DNA from: Torpedo marmorata
Taxonomy: Eukaryota
Assembly: GCA_977017645.1 (NCBI GenBank)
Contig: OZ360222.1
Span: forward strand, 103,788,001 to 103,852,000
DNA: 64,000 nucleotides
Reading direction: 5' to 3'
Position 1 is the stretch's first letter, and every line of letters begins with the position of its first letter. The position numbers and the translations under genes are program-made. Under the pieces are notes generated by a model, which did not search any database, had not been told where the DNA came from, and saw only the letters and a program-made list of their open reading frames with translations. Positions 13,865 to 25,800 of this stretch are shown here, one piece after another.

Positions 13865-16443
13865 CCAACCCCCTCCCCCCAACACCCTCCACAACACCGA
13901 TCCCTACTCTAACCCCTGCTTGGTTTTTACTATCCTCTCCGAACTTCCCCTCTCTGAGACGGAGTGCTCGGTCCTCAGTAGAGGCCTCACCTTCGTCCCC
14001 CTCCGCCAACACCTCAACGAGTTCTGCGCACGCCGTGATGCCAAACTCTTCTTCCGTCGCCTCCGCCTCCGGGCTCACATCCATGACCGTCTCTCCACCC
14101 CCCCACCCAAGACCCTTTCTGCCGCTTCAAGCCTTCTTCCTCTTCCTGGACACCTCGTCCTGGCCAGCTGCCCGCTCTGGACCTTTTTATTTCCAACTGC
14201 CGCCAAGATATCAACCGTCTCAACTTCACCACCCCCCTCTCGTATTCCAACCTCACCTCCTCAGAACGCTCTGCCCTCCACTCTCTCCGCAACAATCCCA
14301 ACCTCACCATCAAACCCGCAGACAAGGGCGGTGCAGTTGTGGTTTGGCGCACTGACCTCTACCTTGCCGAGGCCAGTCGACAGCTCTCAGACACCTCCTC
14401 CTACCGACCCCTCTCACAGGGCCCCACCACTGCACATCAAGCCACTGTCTCCAACAACATCTCCGACCTCATCACCTGCGGTCACCTCCCCTCCACGGCC
14501 ACCAACCTCATTCTCCCCCACCCCCGCACTGCCCGATTCTACCTTCTACCCAAGATACACAAACCCAACCATCCGGGCAGACCCATTATTTCTGCCTGCT
14601 CCTGCCCCACCGAACTAGTTTCATCTTACATTGACTCCATCTTTTCTCCCCGGACCAATCCCTACCCACCTACATCCGCGACACCTCACATGCCCTCCAT
14701 CTCCTCAATGACTTCAGATTCCCTGAACCGGACCGCATCATCTTCAACATGGATGTCCAATCCCTTTATACCTCTATCCCCCACACAAAAGGTCTGAAAG
14801 CACTTCGCTTCTTCCTGGACCAAAGACCCAACCAGTCACCCTCTACCACCACCCTCCTCCGCCTGGCAGAACTTGTCCTCACTCTCAATAACTTCTCCTT
14901 CAACTCATCCTACTTCCTCCAAATCAAAGGAGTAGCCATGGGTACCCGCATGGGTCCCAGCTACGCCTGCCTGTTTGTGGGCTTTGTGGAGCAATCCTTG
15001 CTGCAAGCCTACACAGGCAAGACCCCTCATCTCTTCCTCCGTTATATCGACGACTACATCAGGGCTGCCTCATGCACCCGCGATGAGTTTGTCAACTTCA
15101 TCCACTTCGCATCCAACTTCCACCACGATCTCAAACACACCTGGTCCATCTCCGATAACACTCTCCCCTTCCTGGATCTCTCTGTCTCCATCTCAGGAGA
15201 CAAGCTTTCCACCGACATTTACTACAAACCCTCCAACTCCCACAACTATCTGGACTACACTTCCTCACACCCTGTCCCCTGCAAGGATTCCATCCCCTTC
15301 TCTCAATTTCTCCGACTCCGCCGCATCTGTTCCCAAGATGAGGTGTTCCAGTCCAGATCTTCTGAAATGTCTGCCTTTTTCCACAAACGTGGCTTCCCCT
15401 CCACCACCATCAACTCAGCCCTCACCCGCATCTCCTCCATTTCTCGCTCATCTGCCCTGGCCCCCTCTGCCCCCAGACGCAACAAACAGAATCCCCCTCA
15501 TCCTCACCTACCACCCCACCAGCCTCCGCATCCAACACATTATCCGCCGGAATTTCCGGCATTTACTACAGGATACCACCAACAGATACATTTTTCCTTC
15601 TCCTCCCCTCTCGGCCTTCCGTAGGGATTGCTCCCTCCGCGATTCCCTCGTGCACTCATCCCTCCCCACCCATCGCACCCCCGGTACCTTCCCCTGTGCC
15701 TGCAGGAGGTGCAACACCTGCGCCCACACCTCCCCCCTCACCACGGTCCGGGGCCCCAAACAGGCCTTCCAAGTGAAACTACACTTCACTTGTACATCCA
15801 GAGAACTTATTTACTGCATCCAGTGCTCCCTTTGTGGTTTTCTCTACATCGGAGAGACCGGTTGTAGATTGGGAGATCGCTTTTCTGAGCACCTCCTCTC
15901 CGTCCGCAACAACAGCGACCTCAACAACAGCGACCTCCCAGTAGCCAACCATTTCAATTCCGGTTTACACTCCCACACTCACATGTCTGTCCATGGCCTT
16001 ATGTACTATCCCACCCAGACTACCCGCAAATTGGAAGAACAACCTCATTTTACGTCTAGGCACTCTCCAGCCAGATGGCATTAACATTGACTTTTCTGCT
16101 TTCCACTAAACCTGCTTTTCGTTTCCTTCCCCTCCCCCCTCACCTGTCCTTCCTGTTTTTTCCACCCACGCAGCCATCCCTCCTCCCCCTCTTTGCTGCT
16201 GTCCCCTCCCTCCTTTCTCCACCTATCACCTCCTGCCTTTGCCACCTCCCCCCCCTTCCCCCCTCAGTCTTTTGTTCGGATGCCTGCCGGCATTTTCTCA
16301 TACTTTGATGAAGGGCTCAAGCCCGAAACGTCGGTTATGTATTTCTACCTTTGCTACATAAAAGACACTGTTTGACCTGCTGAGTTTCTCCAGCATTTGT
16401 GTTTTTTACTTCAACCACGGTGTCTACAGATTTTCGTGTTTTA
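13865..16443 (+). mobile_element. Penelope-like retroelement (RT plus GIY-YIG), frameshifted
   Basis: MDVQSLYTSIP, GVAMGTRMGPSYA, RYIDD; LIYCIQC...YIGETG..LGDRFSEH; 13-bp TSD attctacatacct at 13852-13864 and 16444-16456. Confidence 0.93.
16299..16339 (+). ncRNA. Minimal hammerhead ribozyme motif in the Penelope 3' end
   Basis: TTGATGA-a-GGGC tcaa GCCC-GAAAC-GTC: core boxes, stem II and a palindromic ACGT stem III; C3 is replaced by U. Confidence 0.75.
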
Positions 16444-18246
16444 ATTCTACATACCTTAGTCAGTACAGGTATTACAAAGCTTTCTTGAGTCAGATACTAA
16501 AATTTAGTGACAAAATTATAAATGTTACTGCTTTAGTTTAAAAAAAAATGACAAGCCTGGCTTTTTAAATGTTGTAGTTATGAAAATTATCATTGGAAGC
16601 TAAATGTAATATAATTTTGCTGAGAATGAGCTGACAAGAACCCGGTCTCAACATTTTATAAAGGCAAAAGGAACTGTGTAGATAGATAGAAACAGGAAAT
16701 TGCAGAGATACAAAAAAAATGTGTAGTGAAATCTGGAGTCAGATAGCATTCAACATGGATAAATTTTAAGTCGCCAATTTTGAATGCAAGACAGATAGAA
16801 AGCAACTGTGGAGGACCAAAACAATGTGGGTGCCCATCATATCAGTGAAAGCTAAGGAAGTACAAAAAGTTAAAATACCAATTCAATATTTACAATCCCC
16901 TTTCACCCTTGAAAAGGGATTGGAAAATGGAGCGCAGGAAATGGTGATTCAGTTGTTCCAGCCTTAGGTCTAGAGCATGACATTTTGATTTGCCAATATG
17001 GCCACATATGAACCATACTGGGCTTAATGGATTTAATTAGGAAAATAGTTGCAAAAGGTTGGCCTATATAACTTTGCGTATAGAAAGTTAAGAGGCAATG
17101 TAGCCGGTCTTTGAAAAGGAAGAGGTGTTTCAAGAGGATTGTTAAATTATTTTCACATAGTCAAATCTGCCAAAAGACTACATGCTTAAAACCAGAGCAA
17201 GATCTGAGTGAGAAAATCAGTAACCTCCTTTAAATAGGATAGTGAAAATTTAGAACTCATCGCAAAAGGTGAGACAATCAATAATTTCAGCATTAAGATC
17301 AATAGATTTAGTGTTAATTTAAATCCAGAGACAGCAGAATGAAAGTAGAGATCATAACTTCATTGGTCCAAGAGGTCATGTCGTCATCTCCTATTCTGAT
17401 ATTCCTACATTGGTCTCACATTAATGGATTTTCAAAAAATACAGCTTTTTAGAAAATGTCAAAATACAATGGTTAAAATACTAGAAACTCTGGAAGTGGT
17501 CACATTCATCTCTTGGGCAAACCTCACGCAAGTAACTTTCCTGGTTTTTAAATACTGAAGTGTGACATTTATTTCATATCGGATACTTTTGGTTGTCCAT
17601 GCAAATGTCAAGACCAAGACCAATTGTCAGGGACTGTTAAAATACTGTTTTACTTCACGTTATGGATGGCAGCAACAAAATGTGCAATTTCATTTATGAA
17701 ACAGCAAAGGGAAATGCATCTTGCATCAGTTCTGCTGAAAAATAATGCAGAGCTACCATCAAACTAGAAGCTATTTCGGTCCAGAGTTAATCGTGTTTTG
17801 AAGAAATTTCAAAGCAACTATTAAGGGAATTAGAAATTTTCAGTTGAATTGATTGATGTACTATTTCTTATAGAAGAGAACGTTTACCTGGAACAGAAAG
17901 TATCAATGCTTTTAATATGCCGTTTATTTTCTGTTTTGTTTACTGGGACGGTGTAAACAAGACATAACACCACCACCACTTTGATTCAACACTTTATCTT
18001 CAGCATAAAGACCTAGTCTAGCCAGCAGATACAAAATTTTAACTGTGAACTCTGGTACACATCAGTATTTATCAGCCAGCATCATCTCTCCTCTGCCAGT
18101 CCTTTATTGATAATTAATTCAAATAAATTAAAGGAAAAACCTTGGAAGCTTGGTCAGTTTTTAAATTTCATTTGCAGGAGAATAGAAATTAAGAAGTCAT
18201 TACTTAGCACCCCAACGATAATCACATTCTGTTGCTTCTCATTTAA

Positions 18247-20415
18247 ATGGACGTAGCATTGTTAATCAGGGAGAGTGTCACAACTGCACTCAAACAGGAC
18301 ATAATGGTGGGCTCAAATGTTGTGGCAGTGTGGGTAGAGGTCAGAAATAAGAAAGGTACAATCTCTCTGATAGAACTATACTATAGGCCTCCAAATAGCC
18401 ACCAGGAGGTGGAGGATCAGATAAGTGGACAGATTATGGAAAGTTGCAAAAGCAAGAGGGTTGTCATAGGGGGAAACTTTAATTGACGGGGACATCCTCA
18501 GTGCCAGAGCTTTCTTAACTTATCATGTTATCATGGATAAAGATAAGCTTGGGCCTTGTAGAAAAGTACTAAATTGGGGGAGCGCAAATTATACTATGAT
18601 TAGACAGGAGCTAGGGGGAGTAAACTGGGATCAGCGGTTATGCAGCAAGTCCACAACTGACATGTGACAGTTGTTTAAGGACCAACTAGAATCCAGACCG
18701 CTATGTTCCAGTGTGAAGGAAGGACAAGTATGAAGAGAGGTCATGAACTTAGACAAGAAGAAAAAGAAGGTATATTTAAGGTTTTGGAAGCTACAATCAG
18801 ACAGGGCACTAGAGGGATAAAAAGAGATTGGAGGAAAGAGCTCAAGCAGGGCATTAGGAAGGAAAAAATGAGCCATGAGATGTCCTTGGCAAGCAGGATT
18901 AAAGAAAATCCCAAGGCATTTTATACTTACATTAAAGACAAGATGATGACTATGGAGAAGATATACCACTCAAAAATAAAGGAAGGAATTTCTGCTGAGT
19001 CAGAAGAAGCAGGTGAGGTACTCAATGAGTACATTGCATCATTAATTACCAAGGAGGAGGACATGAACAGTGATAGGGAGCATAATGTGGAGAATGCTCA
19101 GGTGTTAGAGGATTAGAACAAGAAAAAAGTGGTGTTGGGTCTTTTGAGGAGCATTAAGTTGGACATCACCTGGGCCTGATGGGATACATCCGTGGTTATT
19201 GAAAGAAGCAAGCAAAGCGATTGCTGGGCCTGGAAAAGAGATCTTTACATCCTCACGTGTGACAGGTTGGGTCCCAAAGGACTGGAGAGTGGCTAATGTA
19301 CTTTTGTTCAAGAAAAGAAAAAAAGAGGATAATCCCAGAAATTATAGGACAGTAAGCTTCATATCAAAGGCAGGGAAACTATTAGAAAGGATACTAGGGA
19401 TAGGATTTATGCACATCTGGAAATTCATGGTCAGATTAGGCACAGTCAACCTGACGTTTTGAGGGGCAGGTCATGTCTTATCAAATTGAGTTTTGTAAGG
19501 AGGGACGTGGGTGGTTAATGAGGGTAGCGCAGTGGATATTGGATACATGGACTTTAGTAAGGGACTTGACAAGGTCCCCATGGTAGGTTAATCCAGAAGG
19601 TACAGATGCATGGGATCCATGGTGAATTGATTGTTTGGATACATCAGTAGTTGGCCCATAAAAGACAGAGTTGTGGAGGAAGGCTGTTTTTGGCTGGAGG
19701 CCTGTGACCAGTGGTGTTCCTCAGGGATTAGTGTTGGGACCCATAAGATCATGACCATGAGTAGAAATAGGCTATTCAGCCAATTGAGTCTCCCCACCAT
19801 TTAATCATGGCTTCAGTAGGCAGGGAAATTAATATAAAGTTAGGAGGTCATGTTGCAGCTATATAAAACTTTGTTTAGGCTCCACTTGGAATACTCTGGA
19901 TGCCCCATTACAGGAAGGATTTGGAGGCTTTGGAAAAGATACAGAAGACGATTATGAGGATGTTGCCTGGTTTAGAGAGTATGAGTTATGGGGAGAGATC
20001 AGACAAACTTGGGTTGTTTTCTCTGGAGTATAGGAGTCAGAGAGGAGACCAGATAGACGTGTATCAAATCATGAAAGGTATTGATCGGGTGGACAGTCAG
20101 AATCTTTTCCCTAGAGTAAAAGTGTCACACACTAGTGGACGTGTGTTTAAGGTGAGGGGGAGGAAGCTTAAGGGAGATGTGTGGAGCAAATATTTTACAC
20201 AGAGAGCAGGAGCCTGGAACAGGCTGCCAGGAGTAGTGGTGGAAACAGATACAACTGTCGCATTTAAGAGGCTTCTAGATAGACACACGAATATAAAGGG
20301 AATGGAGGGATATCTATCAGGAGCAAGCAGCAGATGTTTAGTTTGATTTGGGCATCATGTTTTAGTGCAGACACAAGGGCTGAATGGCCTGTTATTGTGC
20401 TATACTGTTCTATGT
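18247..20415 (+). mobile_element. Degenerate CR1 LINE ORF2 and 3' tail
   Basis: YYRPPNS, DWRVANV, LGLFSLE motifs; tail gggctgaatggcctg...gttctatg. Confidence 0.85.
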
Positions 20416-21150
20416 AAATCACTACTTCACCCACCAGCGTTCAAATGTGTTTATAAAGAGATTTGGTCTTCATTAATAACAGGTAAGTTGCAGCCTGCAT
20501 TAAATCTCTCAGATAGATATCCCTTCAGCACATTCACAGCAGAAAACACATCTCCCTGTGCGCACATGACTAGAATTTAGCATTCAACATACACAGTTTG
20601 TGTTAACAATACTTTCGCTGCTTGATTGTAGCACTTTAAACTATGTAACCAATTTAACAAATAAACAAGATACAAGCTTTCAACCAAGAGGCAGACAAAA
20701 GGTTAACATAAAATATTTGATTGGATAAAGTACATGGCCAATAGCAATAATTGACGGAGTTCCAGAAATAGTACTGCTGACTGCAGAGCAAGTTATAGAG
20801 AAATCTATGTACACTTTTCAAATCAAGATCAACACTGATTTTTCAAAGAATCAAATGGTCTGGTACTAACAAGTGCTGAAAATCAGGCTCAGCATGACTG
20901 CATCAATGAGCACTTTGCAATCAGTGCTATAAAGATTACAGGGTCACTCAAGTTGCTACAAATGAATATAAACAAGAAAGTGAATTGCTCCAAAGTACAA
21001 ATCCCTGGCATTCCTGCTACAAGCATTCTTGGGTTATTGATCAAAAAGGGATTCATGTTATCATCACACCAGTTTTCAGAATAAACAGGGAAATGAAAGT
21101 ATTAAAAATGCCAAAGAAAAAGATTTGAAAACTTACTGGAGATGTAACTA

Positions 21151-22761
21151 AGTGGTATGCAAACGTTTGGGCAACCCTGGTCAAAATTTCTGTTACTGTG
21201 AATAGTTAAGTGAGTAGAAGATGAACTGATCTCCAAAAGTCATAAAGTTAAAGATGACACATTCTTTTCAACATTTTAAGCAAGATGAGTGTATTATTTT
21301 TGTTTTGTACAATTTTAGAGTGAAAAAAAGGAAAGGAACACCATGCAAAGGTTTGGGCACCCCCAAGAGATTTGAGTTCTCAGATAACTTTTACCAAGGT
21401 CTCAGACCTTAATTAGCTTGTTAGGGCTTGTTCACAGTCATCGTTAGGAAAGGCCAGGTGATGCAAATTTCAAAGCTTTATAAATACCCTGACTCCTCAA
21501 ACCTTGTCCCAACAATCAGCAGCCATGGGCTCCTCAAAGCAGCTGCCTAGCACTCTGAAAATTAAACTAAATAATGCCCACAAAGCAGGATAAGGCTATA
21601 AGAAGATAACAAAGCATTTTCAGGTGGCCGTTTCCTCAGTTTGTAATGAAGAAATGGCAGTTAACAGGAACGGTGGAAGTCAAGTTGAGGCCTGGAAGAC
21701 CAAGAAAACTTTCCGAGAGAACTGCTCGTAGGATTGCTAGAAAGGCAAATCAAAACCCCTGTTTGACTGCAAAAGACCTTCTGGAAAATTTAGCAGACTC
21801 TGGAATGGTGGTGCACTGTTCTACTGTGAAGCGACACCTGCACAAATATGACCTTCATGGAAGAGTCATCAGAAGAAAACCTTTCCTGTGTCTTCACCAC
21901 AAAATTCAGCGTCAGAAGTATGCAAAGGAACATCTAAACAAGCCTGATGCATTTTGGAAACAAGTCCTGTGGACTGATGAAGTTAAAATAGAACTTTTTG
22001 GCAGCAATGAACAAAGGTATGTTTGGAGAAAAAAGGGTGCAGAATTTCATGAAAAGAACACCTCTCCAACTGTTAAGCACGGGGGTGGATCGATCATGCT
22101 TTGGGCTTGTGTTGCAGCCAGTGGCACGGGGAACATTTCACTGGTAGAGGGAAGAATGAATTCAATTAAATACCAGCAAATTCTGGAAGCAAACATCACA
22201 CTGTCTGTACAAAAGCTGAAGATGAAAAGAGGATGGCTTCTACAACAGGATAATGATCCGAAGCACACCTCAAAATCCACAATGGACTACCTCAAGAGGC
22301 ACAAGCTGAAGGTTTTGCCATGGCCCTCACAGACTCCCGACCTAAACATCATCGAAAATCTGTGGATAGACCTCATACGAGCAGTGCAAGCAAGACGGCC
22401 CAAGAATCAAATAGAACTAGAAGCCTTTTGAAAGAAAAATGGGTGAAAATTCCCCAAACAAGAATTGAAAGACTCTTAGCTGGTTACAGAAAGCGTTTAC
22501 AAGCTGTGATATTTGCCAAAGGAGGTGTTACTAAGCACTGACCATGCAGGGTGCCCAAACGTTTGCTTTGAACCCTTTTCCTTTTTTGTTATTTTGAAAC
22601 TGTAAAAGATGGAAATAAAAAAGTAATCTTGCTTAAAATATTAAGGAAATGTGTCATCTTTAACTTTATGCCTTTTGGAAATCAGGTCATCTTTTACTCG
22701 CTTAGCTATTCACAGTAACAGAAATTTTGACCAGGGGTGCCCAAACTTTTGCATACCACTG
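21151..22761 (+). mobile_element. Tc1 (DD34E) transposon with long IR/DR ends; transposase is a pseudogene
   Basis: About 200-bp inverted repeats (agtggtatgcaaa.. / ..gcataccactg); GRPRK, WTDE, QDND...34 aa...E; stop codon and frameshifts at both ends of the ORF. Confidence 0.93.
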
Positions 22762-22867
22762 TACATGTAATTAGATGTTTGAGTTGATTTTATTTGATGC
22801 AACACCATTCATATTTTTGTTGAATGACCAAATACACAAAATATGCACTGATTGAAAGATCTAAATT

Positions 22868-25800
22868 GGGGGGCATGGTTTGATGGCGTAGGTGGGAGAC
22901 GTGGAAATACACCTCTCCCCACAGATTTAATCAAAAACTGTTTATAAGATACTTTATTTAGTTTTAAAATAAGTTAAGAGTGTTTACTAAAGGCTTAACA
23001 ATGGCTACAAGAAAAACGAAAGAACAAAAGGCAAGGAAAGTAATGCTTCAACAAAGTTTATTTCAAGAAGAAGATTGGCCTACCTGCTTGATGGAGCCTC
23101 AGGTTCAAGTTTCTCTCCCTCCCAGAAGTACTCGGAGGAGGGCGCCTAGAGCGACTGAAGCGCTGGCGCTGCCATCCCGGGGAGCTGGGGAAGATGGGGC
23201 CAGTGCTCGAAGGAAGACTACAAAACTACAAATTTTAACTGAGCAACCGCGCATGCGCGAAGCGGTGCGCATGCGCGATAGACAACGGGAGCTGTCAGCT
23301 AAGGCTGATGGCAAAGGAGTCGTCCCACAATCATTACAATATGATGTCGGACTAAACTCATCAGATTCAGAAGATAAAAGAAGTAAGGGAGGAGGAAATG
23401 GGAGAAATGGAGGGAGAGGCTGAAGAATCAAGTGGAGAAGAGATTGAAGTATCGGTAGATCAACAAATACTTAAGGCTATTGATAGCTTAAAGAAGATGT
23501 CAAAGATGGAACATCGTTTGGAACTTAGATTTAATGGAATTGAGGAAGAAATGAAAGTTTATAAGCAAGATATGAGAAGACAGACAAATACTGTGAATAT
23601 AGTAAAAGCGCAAGTTCAAGAAATTGAAAAGGATGTTAAAGAGCATTATGAAGAAATGGTGGATTATAAAGATAGAGTCGATAAGGTAGAAGATTCATTT
23701 ACAGGTTGGGAGCAGCAAAGAAATGAACTTTTACAAAAGTTGGATGTATTGGACAATCAGAGTCGGAGGAATAATATTAAAATTGTGGGTTACCTGAAAA
23801 TTTTGAACGACATGATACAACTGAATTCTTTCAAGAATGGATTCCAAAGGTTTTGGGTATTGACAATTTTAAGTATGGACTGGAGTTAGAGAGAGCACAT
23901 AGAGTTGGTAGGGGGAGACCGTTTGGTCAAAGGCCACGTTCAATTTTAGTTAAATGTCTTCGATATCCGGATAAAGAGAGGGTATTGAAATTAGCTGTTC
24001 AAAATACTAAGTTGCAGAATGGTCCATTGATGATTCAGAATAATAGTTTTCTTTTATCCTGATTTGAGTACAGATATAGTTAAAAAACAAAAGGAATTTA
24101 ATCCAGCAAAAGAGATTTTTTTGGAATAAGGGATATAAGTTTTCATTTAGATATCCTGCGGTTTTGAAGGTTCAGTCTACAGGGAATCAATCTTGTTTTT
24201 TTGTGGATTGTCAACAAGCTTTTCAACATGTAAATTCTCTTCCGTAACTTGACAAACTAAATGAAGATATGATAATGAATGTTGTGTAAAATCTGTTTGG
24301 GGGGGGTGGATTTGTTTTTTCTTTTTTACTTTCCTTTTCTTTTTTTCTTTTAAGGAGATGTCAAATAGATTACGAATGTGGAGGAGGGTGCTGGTGGATC
24401 TGATGGAGAGAGAGCTATTAAGAATTAGTAATGATGGATAGTAAATCAATAAATGTGATAAGTATTAATATAAATGGGCTAAACAATCCGATTAAAAGGA
24501 AAAAAAACTTTAGCATATATTAAAAAGTTAAATGTAGACATAGCTTTTTTTACAAGAGACATATTTGACAGATTTGGAACATCAGAAGTTGAAGAGAGAA
24601 TGGGTTGGTCAAGTGGTTGCATCTTCATTTAATTCTAAAGCAAGAGGAGTTGCTATTTTAGTTAATAAAAAGTTACCTTTTAAAATACAATCTGTGGTTA
24701 TAGATGTGGTAGGTAGATATGTTTTAATACATTGTCAGATATATTCAGAAATGTGGACACTTATGAATATATATGTACCAAACATGGAAGATGAACAATT
24801 TATTCAAGATTCGATTATGCATTTATCAGAAGCTAATGATAATATTTTAATTGGTGGGGATTTTAATTGTTGTTTAGATCCAATAATGGATAAAACATTA
24901 AAATCAGTTGTTAAAACTAAAATTGCTAAAAGAATTCTTATTTTGATGAAAGATTTAAATTTAATAGATATTTGGAGAAAGTTGAATCCAAGAGAAAAAG
25001 ATTACTCTTTTTATCCTTTTAGGCAGGATTCATATTCTAGGATAGATATGTTTTTATTGTCCTCACAAGTACAAGATAGGGTAACTCAAGCACATTATAA
25101 AGCAAGAATAATTTCTGATCATTCGCCATTATTAATGTCTTGTATAATTCCAGAAAAAGAAAAAACTATATATAGGTGGAGATTTAATTCTTCTTTATTA
25201 AAAAGAATGGAATTCTGTAATGATATAAGAGAAATTCAAGAATTTTTACAGATTAATTCTAATTCGATTGATAATAAATTTATTATTTGGGAAGCTTAAG
25301 GCTTATTTAAGAGGTCAAATAATAAGCTATTCAGCAAAAGTTAAGAAGGAATACTTTCGCGAGGTGGATAATTTGGAGAGGGAGATTGAAGTCCTGGAGA
25401 AGGACTTGCAAAAAAAGATCAGAAGAAAAGAGGAAAAATTTAATTGGAAAAAAATTGTATTATAATACGTCACAAACATATAAAATGGAAAAATTAATTG
25501 AAAGAACTAAGCAAAGACATTATGAATTGGGAGAAAGAGCGCATAAAGTGTTGGCGTGGCAATTAAAGAAAGAACAAACCTCGAACTATAAATGCTATAA
25601 AAAAATTCCAAAAAAATAACATAAACCTCGAGAAATAAATGATTTTTTTTAAGGAATTTTATTTGAATTTATATAAATCTCAAATTGATAAAGATGACTC
25701 TTAAAATTAATGAATTCTTATCTAAAATTAAGTTACCTAGATTAAATACTCAAAGTAAAGAATTTTTGGATTTGCCTTTTTTGATGAAGGAAGTTAACGA

